DNA of 64,000 nucleotides from Amphiscolops sp. MND2022 (GCA_964187785.1 OZ076409.1:99140001-99204000); one strand, 5' to 3'. Counted from the stretch's first letter, positions 41,101 to 53,020 are shown. A program made the numbers and translations. Notes: generated by a model from the sequence alone, not told the origin.

Positions 41101-44100
41101 AACAGCTTGAGTGGCGCCAACACCAGTTCGTTATATGGCATGATGATATTTCGAATTCGATTTCTCAGCATCCTTAACAGGAAACGGCATCCTTGCTAGA
41201 AGCAGAGTTTGTTGCGGAACTCAAAAAATAGCGCGCATCAATGTGGCTTTCGCTGATTTGACACGAACCGATGCAATGGCTTCCATTGAAGATATATTTC
41301 AAGATTTCGATTTCAAGCCTTTCATTAAAGTTCGACCTCTGCAGTCACGATATTTCGAGTATTTATTGGCTCAAGATATTTACATTTGCATTATGAAATA
41401 GAGGAGCACTTAATGCGAAGATTTTTTATGCTAGTTTTTTAAACATTTTGATGCTTTATCAAAAAAAACGCAATCAATGCCGACGCAGCAAACAAAAACG
41501 AATCAACTGCTGTCACTACGCATGTTCGTGTTTCATCGTGATATAAGTTTAGATGCTTCAAAAAAAACGTTTTCCATAATTATTCGAACAATATTGTAAC
41601 TATTAGCGTAGCTTTTTAAACTTTATAATATTTTGTTCAAGAAATCTTGACTTGCACCAACCACTGTTTCCTAAAGTATACGGATAATTCAATGGATAAT
41701 GAGTTTTCCTTTCATCAACTTACGCCAGTTTGTTGGACATACAAACTTCTACTGTTTTTGCATCTAGAAAACTTGCAAATTGAACTTTACAAACTTTGCA
41801 TTCAAGTCTTCCATTGCTACTAGCATTTCAACTTTGAACTTGAGCAGAAACGCTGTAAAACGTAAGAATTGTCCAAAATGATTCTACATATGTTTGACTT
41901 TGTCATATATTCATTTCAAATGCGACTATTACATTGAAAGACCTATATTCATGTTTTGTTCCTTTTGGAGAGTAAAATGCTTCAATGGACAGTTATTGCT
42001 GCTAGCAGTCTTTCAAAGCGATGGCTGATGTTTGAACTTCTTTCTCACATTACAAAGACTATCATTGCAAGACCAGGGATGTCTTTCGTTAATGAAGATC
42101 AAAAGAAAAATGTTTTTCAGGTTATCAAACAGCTTGAGCGGCGCCAACACCAGTTCGTTATATGGCATGATGATATTTCGAATTCGATTTCTCAGCATCC
42201 TTAACAGGAAACGGCATCCTTGCCCGAAGCAGAGTTTGTTGTGGAACTCAAAAAAATGGCGCGCATCAATGTGACTTTCGCTGATGACACGAACCGATGC
42301 AATGGCTTCCATTGAAGATAAATTTCAAGATTTCAATTTCATGCCTTTCATTATAGTTCGACCTCTGCAGTCACGATATTTCGAGTATTTATTGGCTCAA
42401 GATATTTACATTTGCATTATGAGATAGAGGAGCATTTAATGCGTAGATTTTTTATGCTAGTTTTTTAAACATTTTGATGCTTTATCAAAAAAAACGCAAT
42501 CAATGCCGACGCAGCAAACAAAAACGAATCAACTGCTGTCACTACGCATGTTCGTGTTTCATCTTGATATAAGTTTAGATGCTTCAAAAAAAACGTTTTC
42601 CATAATTATTCGAACAATATTGTAACTATTAGCGTAGCTTTTTAAACTTTATATTATTTTGTTCAAGAAATCTTGACTTGCACCAACCACTATTTCCTAA
42701 AGTATACGGATAATTCAATGGATAATGAGTTTTCCTTTCATCAACTTACGCCAGTTTGTTGGACATACAAACTTCTACTGTTTTTGCATCTAGAAAACTT
42801 GCAAATTGAACTTTACATACTTTGCATTCAAGTCTTCCATTGCTACTAGCATTTCAACTTTGAACTTAAGCACAAACGCTGTAAAACGTAAGAATTGTCC
42901 AAAATGATTCAACATATGTTTGACTTTGTCATATATTCATTTCAAATGCGACTATTACATTGAAAGACCTATATTCATGTTTTGTTCCTTTTGGAGAGTA
43001 AAATGCTTCAATGGACAGTTATTGCTGCTAGCAGTCTTTCAAAGCGATGGCTGATGTTTGAACTTCTTTCTCACAATACAAAGACTATCATTGCAAGACC
43101 AGGGATGTCTTTCGTTAATGAAGATCAAAAAAATGTTTTTCAGGTTATCAAACAGCTTGAGCGGCGCCAACACCAGTTCGTTATATGGCATGATGATATT
43201 TCGAATTCGATTTCTCAGCATCCTTAACAGGAAACGGCATCCTTGCCCGAAGCAGAGTTTGTTGCAGAACTCAAAAAAATGGCGCGCATCAATGTGACTT
43301 TCGCTGATTTGACACGAACCGATGCAATGGCTTCCATTGAAGATAAATTTCAAGATTTCAATTTCATGCCTTTCATTATAGTTCGACCTCTGCAGTCACG
43401 ATATTTCGAGTATTTATTGGCTCAAGATATTTACATTTGCATTATGAGATAGAGGAGCATTTAATGCGTAGATTTTTTATGCTAGTTTTTTAAACATTTT
43501 GATGCTTTATCAAAAAAAACGCAATCAATGCCGACGCAGCAAACAAAAACGAATCAACTGCTGTCACTACGCATGTTCGTGTTTCATCTTGATATAAGTT
43601 TAGATGCTTCAAAAAAACGTTTTCCATAATTATTCGAACAATATTGTAACTATTAGCGTAGCTTTTTAAACTTTATATTATTTTGTTCAAGAAATCTTGA
43701 CTTGCACCAACCACTATTTCCTAAAGTATACGGATAATTCAATGGATAATGAGTTTTCCTTTCATCAACTTACGCCAGTTTGTTGGACATACAAACTTCT
43801 ACTGTTTTTGCATCTAGAAAACTTGCAAATTGAACTTTACATACTTTGCATTCAAGTCTTCCATTGCTACTAGCATTTCAACTTTGAGCTTGAGCAGAAA
43901 CGCTGTAAAACGTAAGAATTGTCCAAAATGATTCTACATATGTTTGACTTTGTCATATATTCATTTCAAATGCGACTATTACATTGAAAGACCTATATTC
44001 ATGTTTTGTTCCTTTTGGAGAGTAAAATGCTTCAATGGACAGTAATTGCTGCTAGCAGTCTTTCAAAAGCGATGGCTGATGTTTGAACTTCTTTCTCACA

Positions 44101-47100
44101 TTACAAAGACTATCATTGCAAGACCAAGGATGTCTTTCGTTAATGAAGATCAAAAGAAAAATGCTTTTCAGGTTATTAAACAGCTTGAGCGGCGCCAACA
44201 CCAGTTCGTTATATGGCATGATGATATTTCGAATTCAATTTCTCAGCATCCTTAACAGGAAACGGCATCCTTGCCCGAAGCAGAGTTTGTTGCGGAACTC
44301 AAAAAAATGGCGCGCATCAATGTGACTTTCGCTGATTTGACACGAACCGATGCAATGGCTTCCATTGAAGATAAATTTCAAGATTTCGATTTCATGCCTT
44401 TCAATAAAGTTCGACCTCTGCAGTCACGATATTTCGAGTATTTATTGGCTCAAGATATTTACATTTGCATTATGAGATAGAGCATTTAATGCGCAGATTT
44501 TTTATGCTAGTTTAAACATTTTGATGCTTCATCAAAAAAATAATCGCAATCAATGCCGCCGCAGCAAACAAAAACGAATCAACTGCTGTCACTACTCATG
44601 TTCGTGTTTCATCTTAACCTAAGTTTAGATGCTTCAAAAAACGTTTTCCATAATTATTCGAACAATATTGTAACTATTAGCGTAGCTTTTCGATTTTTAT
44701 ATCATTTTCAAGAAATTTTGACTTGCCGCAACCACTGTTCCCTGAAGTATACGGATAATTCAATGGATAATGAGTTTTCCTTTCATCAACTTACGCCAGT
44801 TTGTTGGACATACAAACTTCTACTGTTTTTGCATCTAGAAAACTTGCAAATTGAACTTTACATACTTTGCATTCAAGTCTTCCATTGCTACTAGCATTTC
44901 AACTTTGAACTTGAGCAGAAACGCTGTAAAACGTAAGAATTGTCCAAAATGATTCAACATATGTTTGACTTTGTCATATATTCATTTCAAATGCGACTAT
45001 TACATTGAAAGACCTATATTCATGTTTTGTTCCTTTTGGAGAGTAAAATGCTTCAATGGACAGTTATTGCTGCTAGCAGTCTTTCAAAGCGATGGCTGAT
45101 GTTTGAACTTCTTTCTCACATTACAAAGACTATCATTGCAAGACCAGGGATGTCTTCCGTTAATGAAGATCAAAAGAAAAATGTTTTTCAGGTTATCAAA
45201 CAGCTTGAGCGGCGCCAACACCAGTTCGTTATATGGCATGATGATATTTCGAATTCAATTTCTCAGCATCCTTAACAGGAAACGGCATCCTTGCCCGAAG
45301 CAGAGTTTGTTGCGGAACTCAAAAAAATGGCGCGCATCAATCTGACTTTCGCTGATTTGACACGAACCGATGCAATGGCTTCCATTGAAGATAAATTTCA
45401 AGATTTCAATTTCATGCCTTTCATTATAGTTCGACCTTTGCAGTCACGATATTTCGAGTATTTATTGGCTCAAGATATTTACATTTGCATTATGAGATAG
45501 AGGAGCATTTAATGCGTAGATTTTTTATGCTAGTTTTTTAAACATTTTGATGCTTTATCAAAAAAAACGCAATCAATGCCGACGCAGCAAACAAAAACGA
45601 ATCAACTGCTGTCACTACGCATGTTCGTGTTTCATCTTGATATAAGTTTAGATGCTTCAAAAAAACGTTTTCCATAATTATTCGAACAATATTGTAACTA
45701 TTAGCGTAGCTTTTTAAACTTTATATTATTTTGTTCAAGGAATCTTGACTTGCACCAACCACTATTTCCTAAAGTATACGGATAATTCAATGGATAATGA
45801 GTTTTCCTTTCATCAACTTACGCCAGTTTGTTGGACATACAAACTTCTACTGTTTTTGCATCTAGAAAACTTGCAAATTGAACTTTACATACTTTGCATT
45901 CAAGTCTTCCATTGCTACTAGCATTTCAACTTTGAGCTTGAGCAGAAACGCTGTAAAACGTAAGAATTGTCCAAAATGATTCTACATATGTTTGACTTTG
46001 TCATATATTCATTTCAAATGCGACTATTACATTGAAAGACCTATATTCATGTTTTGTTCCTTTTGGAGAGTAAAATGCTTCAATGGACAGTAATTGCTGC
46101 TAGCAGTCTTTCAAAAGCGATGGCTGATGTTTGAACTTCTTTCTCACATTACAAAGACTATCATTGCAAGACCAAGGATGTCTTTCGTTAATGAAGATCA
46201 GAAGAAAAATGTTTTTCAGGTTATAAAACAGCTTGAGCGGCGCCAACACCAGTTCGCCAAACAAAAACGAATCAACTGCTGTCACTACTCATGTTCGTGT
46301 TTCATCTTAACCTAAGTTTAGATGCTTCAAAAAACGTTTTCCATAATTATTCGAACAATATTGTAACTATTAGCGTAGCTTTTTGATTTTTACATCATTT
46401 TCAAGAAATTTTGACTTGCCGCAACCACTGTTCCCTGAAGTATACGGATAATTCAATGGATAATGAGTTTAGATGCTTCAAAAAAACGTTTTCCATAATT
46501 ATTCGAACAATATTGTAACTATTAGCGTAGCTTTTTAAACTTTATATTATTTTGTTCAAGGAATCTTGACTTGCACCAACCACTATTTCCTAAAGTATAC
46601 GGATAATTCAATGGATAATGAGTTTTCCTTTCATCAACTTACGCCAGTTTGTTGGACATACAAACTTCTACTGTTTTTGCATCTAGAAAACTTGCAAATT
46701 GAACTTTACATACTTTGCATTCAAGTCTTCCATTGCTACTAGCATTTCAACTTTGAGCTTGAGCAGAAACGCTGTAAAACGTAAGAATTGTCCAAAATGA
46801 TTCTACATATGTTTGACTTTGTCATATATTCATTTCAAATGCGACTATTACATTGAAAGACCTATATTCATGTTTTGTTCCTTTTGGAGAGTAAAATGCT
46901 TCAATGGACAGTAATTGCTGCTAGCAGTCTTTCAAAAGCGATGGCTGATGTTTGAACTTCTTTCTCACATTACAAAGACTATCATTGCAAGACCAAGGAT
47001 GTCTTTCGTTAATGAAGATCAGAAGAAAAATGTTTTTCAGGTTATTAAACAGCTTGAGCGGCGCCAACACCAGTTCGTTATATGGCATGATGATATTTCG

Positions 47101-50100
47101 AATTCAATTTCTCAGCATCCGTAACAGGAAACGGCATCCTTGCCCGAAGCAGAGTTTGTTGCGGAACTCAAAAAAATGGCGCGCATCAATGTGACTTTCG
47201 CTGATTTGACACGAACCGATGCAATGGCTTCCATTGAAGATAAATTTCAAGATTTCGATTTCATGCCTTTCAATAAAGTTCGACCTCTGCAGTCACGATA
47301 TTTCGAGTATTTATTGGCTCAAGATATTTACATTTGCATTATGAGATAGAGCATTTAATGCGCAGATTTTTTATGCTAGTTTAAAAATTTTGATGCTTCA
47401 TCAAAAAAATAATCGCAATCAATGCCGCCGCAGCAAACAAAAACGAATCAACTGCTGTCACTACTCATGTTCGTGTTTCATCTTAACCTAAGTTTAGATG
47501 CTTCAAAAAACGTTTTCCATAATTATTCGAACAATATTGTAACTATTAGCGTAGCTTTTTGATTTTTACATCATTTTCAAGAAATTTTGACTTGCCGCAA
47601 CCACTGTTCCCTGAAGTATACGGATAATTCAATGGATAATGAGTTTTCCTTTCATCAACTTACGCCAGTTTGTTGGACATACAAACTTCTACTGTTTTTG
47701 CATCTAGAAAACTTGCAAATTGAACTTTACATACTTTGCATTCAAGTCTTCCATTGCTACTAGCATTTCAACTTTGAACTTGAGCAGAAACGCTGTAAAA
47801 CGTAAGAATTGTCCAAAATGATTCAACATATGTTTGACTTTGTCATATATTCATTTCAAATGCGACTATTACATTGAAAGACCTATATTCATGTTTTGTT
47901 CCTCTTGGAGAGTAAAATGCTTCAATGGACAGTTATTGCTGCTAGCAGTCTTTCAAAGCGATGGCTGATGTTTGAACTTCTTTCTCACATTACAAAGACT
48001 ATCATTGCAAGACCAGGGATGTCTTTCGTTAATGAAGATCAAAAGAAAAATGTTTTTCAGGTTATCAAACAGCTTGAGCGGCGCCAACACCAGTTCGTTA
48101 TATGGCATGATGATATTTCGAATTCGATTTCTCAGCATCCTTAACAGGAAACGGCATCCTTGCCCGAAGCAGAGTTTGTTGCGGAACTCAAAAAAATGGC
48201 GCGCATCAATGTGACTTTCGCTGATTTGACACGAACCGATGCAATGGCTTCCATTGAAGATAAATTTCAAGATTTCAATTTCATGCCTTTCATTATAGTT
48301 CGACCTCTGCAGTCACGATATTTCGAGTATTTATTGGCTCAAGATATTTACATTTGCATTATGAGATAGAGGAGCATTTAATGCGTAGATTTTTTATGCT
48401 AGTTTTTTAAACATTTTGATGCTTTATCAAAAAAAACGCAATCAATGCCGACGCAGCAAACAAAAACGAATCAACTGCTGTCACTACGCATGTTCGTGTT
48501 TCATCTTGATATAAGTTTAGATGCTTCAAAAAAACGTTTTCCATAATTATTCGAACAATATTGTAACTATTAGCGTAGCTTTTTAAACTTTATATTATTT
48601 TGTTCAAGGAATCTTGACTTGCACCAACCACTATTTCCTAAAGTATACGGATAATTCAATGGATAATGAGTTTTCCTTTCATCAACTTACGCCAGTTTGT
48701 TGGACATACAAACTTCTACTGTTTTTGCATCTAGAAAACTTGCAAATTGAACTTTACATACTTTGCATTCAAGTCTTCCATTGCTACTAGCATTTCAACT
48801 TTGAGCTTGAGCAGAAACGCTGTAAAACGTAAGAATTGTCCAAAATGATTCTACATATGTTTGACTTTGTCATATATTCATTTCAAACGCGACTATTACA
48901 TTGAAAGACCTATATTCATGTTTTGTTCCTTTTGGAGAGTAAAATGCTTCAATGGACAGTAATTGCTGCTAGCAGTCTTTCAAAAGCGATGGCTGATGTT
49001 TGAACTTCTTTCTCACATTACAAAGACTATCATTGCAAGACCAAGGATGTCTTTCGTTAATGAAGATCAAAAGAAAAATGTTTTTCAGGTTATTAAACAG
49101 CTTGAGCGGCGCCAACACCAGTTCGTTATATGGCATGATGATATTTCGAATTCAATTTCTCAGCATCCGTAACAGGAAACGGCATCCTTGCCCGAAGCAG
49201 AGTTTGTTGCGGAACTCAAAAAAATGGCGCGCATCAATGTGACTTTCGCTGATTTGACACGAACCGATGCAATGGCTTCCATTGAAGATAAATTTCAAGA
49301 TTCCGATTTCATGCCTTTCAATAAAGTTCGACCTCTGCAGTCACGATATTTCGAGTATTTATTGGCTCAAGATATTTACATTTGCATTATGAGATAGAGC
49401 ATTTAATGCGCAGATTTTTTATGCTAGTTTAAACATTTTGATGCTTCATCAAAAAAATAATCGCAATCAATGCCGCCGTAGCAAACAAAAACGAATCAAC
49501 TGCTGTCACTACTCATGTTCGTGTTTCATCTTAACCTAAGTTTAGATGCTTCAAAAAACGTTTTCCATAATTATTCGAACAATATTGTAACTATTAGCGT
49601 AGCTTTTTGATTTTTATATCATTTTCAAGAAATTTTGACTTGCCGCAACCACTGTTCCCTGAAGTATACGGACAATTCAATGGATAATGAGTTTTCCTCT
49701 CATCAACTTACGCCAGTTGGTTGGACATACAAACTTTTACTGTTTTTGCATCTAGAAAACTTGCAAATTGAACTTTACATACTTTGCATTCAAGTCTTCC
49801 AATGCTAATGGCATTTCAACTTTGAACTTGAGAAGAAACGCTGTAATACGTAAGAATTGTCCAAAATGATGCTACATATGTTTGGCTTTTGTCATATATT
49901 CATCTCAAATGCGACTATTATATTGAAGGAGCTATAATCATGTTTTGTTCCTCTTGTAGAGTAAAATGCTTCAATGGACAGTAATTGCTGCTAGCAGTCT
50001 TTCAAAAGCGATCGCTGTTGTTCGAACTTCTTTCTCACAGTACAAAGACTATCATTGCAAGTCCAGGGAGGTCTTTCGTTATTGAAGATCAAAAAAAATG

Positions 50101-52620
50101 TTTTTCAGGTTAATAACTTGAGCGGCGCCAACACCAGTTCGTTATATGGCATGATGATATTTCGAATTCAATTTCTCAGCATCCTCAACAGGAAACGGCA
50201 TCCTTGCCCGAAGCAGAGTTTGTTGCGGAACTCAAAAAAATGGCGCGCATCAACGTGGCTTTCGCTGATTTGTCACGAACCGATGCAATTCCAAACAACC
50301 TTCAATCGCTTCATTTTCCTTAGCATAGACAACACGAATCTGTTGCACTTTTTACAGAGCGTCTTGACGGCCAAAAATCATTTTGCGTTTTTTGAGATGA
50401 AGCCGGGTACAGATGGTTTCGTAGTACTGAATCCGCGATTACAAGGGCATATTGGAGACACTAACACCGCGTTGATTACACCTGCGCAACCGCTCATTCC
50501 ACTTTGCATGAACATAACAATAAATTTTCTATCGAAACCTGTATCAGAGAACGAAGACTACTCTCATTTCAATTACAGTTTGAGTTGAAGCCCTGTACAG
50601 ATGTTTATTGAATCCGCTACACCATGGGGACATTGACGATCCTAATACAGCGGTAATAACAACAACGTTAATACCACATTGCATGAACATACCAATAATA
50701 TAGCTTCTACCAAAGCATTTAACAAAACACGAAGATTACATGACGTGGATACAGCGTCAGATGCCTTTTTCGAACTCAAAATACGACAGGGTTCCCTATC
50801 ATCGTTTGGTGCAGAGCCCCGAAAAAAAACCATGAACATAGAATATATTATTCCAAATTCATGCATGCTTTCGCATGCAAAGCCGTAACCGGATGAAATG
50901 CGATGGCCAAAGAAAAAACTCAAACTAACATACGACAGAAAAACACTCGCAGAAAAGAAAGCAACTGAAACTTCACACCAATATCAAGGACTTTTAAGCG
51001 TGGCCTTCAAACTATACGCCACGTCAAAGAAGACATCGTGATAGATGCTAACTAATGTTTAGAGGTAATTTACTATCAACTAGTAAATGTAATTGTTCGT
51101 CAACCCAATTTTTGTAGATTTTCTTGTAAAGATTGTTCGTCGACCCGTCAAAAACTTCACTGCTGTTGCACGAGATTCTGTATTTGTTGCTTACCTCAAA
51201 TCCAGGGATTCTCGATTATTGATTCTACGACTGTTTTCAACCAAGTTCAGAAACCTTCAAAACAGTGACCTTCAAACTGTTCACCATGCTAAGGAAAACA
51301 TCTTGATTTTACAGCAATTCGAATCTAAGGGTCTCAAAAAGTTTTCTGCAACTACAAAAAGTTCCAAACAAGTTCCAAAAGGCTTATAGTTTTCACGTAG
51401 ATAAGCCGAAATAGATCGTTTGAAAAATCTCATGTAGAAATTATTCAATTTCAGGAAACTATCGGGACAGGTTTTGTATTCAGCAAAATGAATAAGATGA
51501 AGAATAAGTGACAATGCCCTTTTGTGCTCACTCTTTTAAAGAGAGAAAGTACTGGACGATCTGATCTAGTCGTTAGTTAACAGTTAGCACTCACTTTCTG
51601 TCAATAATGTTTATATGATAATGCGTTTATGATACATATAATGTGCCTCCACGGGTGCCGTTCACTCGAACGACAACCTGAAATCATTGATTCTGCGATC
51701 GGTGCAATAGTGGAAGAGGGAAGACTGTCTTAGTGGCACCATCGCCGAGTATCCATCCCTTGACGTGCATTTATTTGCTAGATTCCAAAGATTTCCTAGA
51801 TTTACAACGAGCAATGTTTAACATTGTCATAATAATGCAGTAATTTATAAATTTTCCTCCACTTACCAAGCTTTACAATATTTATTTATATGGGACAGTT
51901 AGTGACACTGCAAGGAGGCTCTGCAGCTTGCAGCGTATACGACACTTTTTCCGACTCGCCCTCCTCTTAACGTGCTCCTTTCTTAGTTTGTCCAAAGATG
52001 AACAAGCCGGGAACGGCCCAAGTCGGCGCTATATCTAAGGCTCAAAAAATCGAAGGGGGAGCCTTTTGGAGACAAAAAAATCGCTAAAAAGTCGCACAGT
52101 GCCGAAATAAAATTGGAAGGGGGGACCTTATAATGTTTTCCAGGACGTCCGTTTGTTTCTTTTGTTTTGCACAAGGTTCTGAGATTTCTGAGGTTTTTGA
52201 ACCTCCGCGTTTTGAACCTCCCCCAAGTTGTTGAACAAATGAACTGAACACAAAAGTGGACCTTTCGTGTCTAAAAAAAACTACCCACTGTAAGAGTCGG
52301 GCACATTTTCGCATTTTCTACTAAAATGCGCCAACTAAAAATGGGTTTCATTACGCACGGTCCTTCTATAGGTTAATGTTCATATGAACGAATTAGTAAT
52401 TAACTGTGACAGGGTGACAGGTACCTGCTCCGACGACGACAGCGTCGAATGTGTGATCGACGAGAGCGTACTGAGAAGTGAGTCCATTGGTGGTCTTCTT
52501 GGTAGGCTGTTTGTTCCTCACTTCGGTCGACATACTCCTATCCCCCAAAGCACCCATGCTCCTCTGATGACACCTCAAGGGCGCACCCAAAACACATGCC
52601 AGTCTCGATAACTGACGCAT
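10947..52620 (-). CDS. SDHA: Succinate dehydrogenase flavoprotein subunit, mitochondrial; whole gene span, 10 coding exons, 660 aa
   Basis: Exons 52620-52425, 24832-24656, 22413-22210, 21077-20847, 19070-18831, 17946-17747, 15905-15734, 13255-13055, 11607-11446, 11146-10947 join in frame (1983 nt) across GT-AG introns. Motifs [18 protein letters not shown] (FAD His), [39 protein letters not shown]; basic N-terminal presequence. Confidence 0.97.
11446..11607 (-). CDS. SDHA: SDHA coding exon 9
   Basis: [24 protein letters not shown]...[18 protein letters not shown] acceptor, CCAG|GT donor. Confidence 0.95.
11828..12359 (-). mobile_element. Helentron-associated (HINE-like) element
   Basis: AACAAGCCGGGAACGGCCCAAGTCGGCGC ... 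CGCCGACTAAAAA (reverse orientation of the family termini). Confidence 0.7.
13055..13255 (-). CDS. SDHA: SDHA coding exon 8
   Basis: [44 protein letters not shown] acceptor, CAAG|GT donor. Confidence 0.93.
13671..15713 (+). mobile_element. Head-to-tail cluster of about four HINE-like copies in SDHA intron 7
   Basis: 3' ends (GTCTTGTT) near 14166, 14824, 15349 and 15713; the first two are fused directly to the next 5' end (T)nAGTCGGCGC. Confidence 0.75.
15734..15905 (-). CDS. SDHA: SDHA coding exon 7
   Basis: [41 protein letters not shown] acceptor, CCAG|GT donor. Confidence 0.96.
17747..17946 (-). CDS. SDHA: SDHA coding exon 6 (absent from the ORF track)
   Basis: Translated by hand: [67 protein letters not shown]; donor CAG|GTAAGT; acceptor TTTGAG. 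Confidence 0.95.
18831..19070 (-). CDS. SDHA: SDHA coding exon 5
   Basis: GDGCAM...[28 protein letters not shown]...[25 protein letters not shown]. Confidence 0.96.
19091..19558 (+). mobile_element. Helentron-associated (HINE-like) element
   Basis: TTTTTAGTCGGCGC ... GCGCCGACTTCAGACGTTCCGGTCTTGTT. Confidence 0.7.
19904..20292 (-). mobile_element. tRNA-derived SINE
   Basis: Minus strand: A-box TGGCGTAGTGG, B-box GGTTCGAGTCT, CORE-like CCTTAAGCAAGTC, 3' (CT)n tail; no intact cloverleaf seen. Confidence 0.7.
20641..20824. mobile_element. pogo/Tigger-like MITE
   Basis: TA|CAGTCAAACTTGGATAAAAGAAAC ... GTTTCTTTTATCCGAGTTCGACTG|TA. Confidence 0.8.
20847..21077 (-). CDS. SDHA: SDHA coding exon 4
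   Basis: [28 protein letters not shown]...[23 protein letters not shown]. Confidence 0.96.
21826..22116. mobile_element. hAT-like MITE nested in a HINE-like copy
   Basis: CAGGGATGG ... CCATCCCTA inverted termini; separates the HINE body (~21411-21825) from its terminus GCGCCGACTAAAAA (~22123-22136). Confidence 0.55.
22210..22413 (-). CDS. SDHA: SDHA coding exon 3
   Basis: [10 protein letters not shown]...[26 protein letters not shown]...[14 protein letters not shown]. Confidence 0.96.
22508..23172 (-). mobile_element. HINE-like element with internal ~62-bp tandem expansion
   Basis: Family termini at both ends; ACTGAAAGGGAGGACCCTTTGGGAATTTTCAACATCCATTCTGGTGCAAAACTCCAAAAAA repeated four times at about 22651-22900. 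Confidence 0.75.
24656..24832 (-). CDS. SDHA: SDHA coding exon 2
   Basis: [11 protein letters not shown]...[36 protein letters not shown]. Confidence 0.97.
25590..25935 (+). pseudogene. Decayed LINE ORF1-like fragment truncated by the tandem array
   Basis: Coiled-coil-like stretch followed by [18 protein letters not shown], matching the ORF1p-type E-x-x-x-RR-x-N-[IV]-RI-x-G-[LI]-P-E motif. Confidence 0.55.
25936..50289. repeat. Macrosatellite: about 24 tandem units of ~1.02-1.03 kb inside SDHA intron 1
   Basis: Marker GCTCAAGATATTTACATTTGC recurs 23 times at ~1027-bp spacing, plus one deleted unit near 46.3 kb; the ORF track repeats with the same period. Confidence 0.98.
52001..52341 (-). 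mobile_element. Short HINE-like element
   Basis: AACAAGCCGGGAACGGCCCAAGTCGGCGC ... GCGCCAACTAAAAA. Confidence 0.7.
52425..52620 (-). CDS. SDHA: SDHA coding exon 1 (mitochondrial presequence and start of FAD domain)
   Basis: [10 protein letters not shown]...[16 protein letters not shown]; donor GCAG|GT in phase 1 joins exon 2 to give VGAGGAG. Confidence 0.93.
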
Positions 52621-53020
52621 ATTTCAACGATGCAATCTATCTGAAATATCGCTCATCACACTGATTTGACATCGCTATTTTTTTCGCTAATTGCAAATTT
52701 CAAAATCGCTATTTCGGTGAAAAGTTTTACTTCAAACTATTAAATGTTTGACTTCAGTAGTGTATATAATCGTATTTGACGCCAGCGCGAAGGGCACAAA
52801 ATGGCTCACTTCGTTCGCCCCCTTGCTTCGCCATTCGCTTCGCTCATGGCTACTTCGCGCTAACGTCAAATACGATTATATACACTACTTCTTTACCATC
52901 CTTACACCTATCGTTAAATACCATTTCTTACACTACTTTGGTAATACTCTACTAACCATGTTTTAGAATAAAGCTGAAATTCTTTTGAACTGCTAAATTT
53001 CTATGAATTTCACTCTGTAA

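Noticed and set aside
26619..50588. Array ORFs as a functional multigene family
   Set aside because: Frames differ between units, with frequent stops and indels, mostly non-ATG starts and no recognisable domain.
10947..52620. Bacterial sdhA/frdA or a horizontally transferred gene
   Set aside because: Spliceosomal introns, a presequence and a eukaryote-type C-terminus (DEYDYSKP...HWRKHT).
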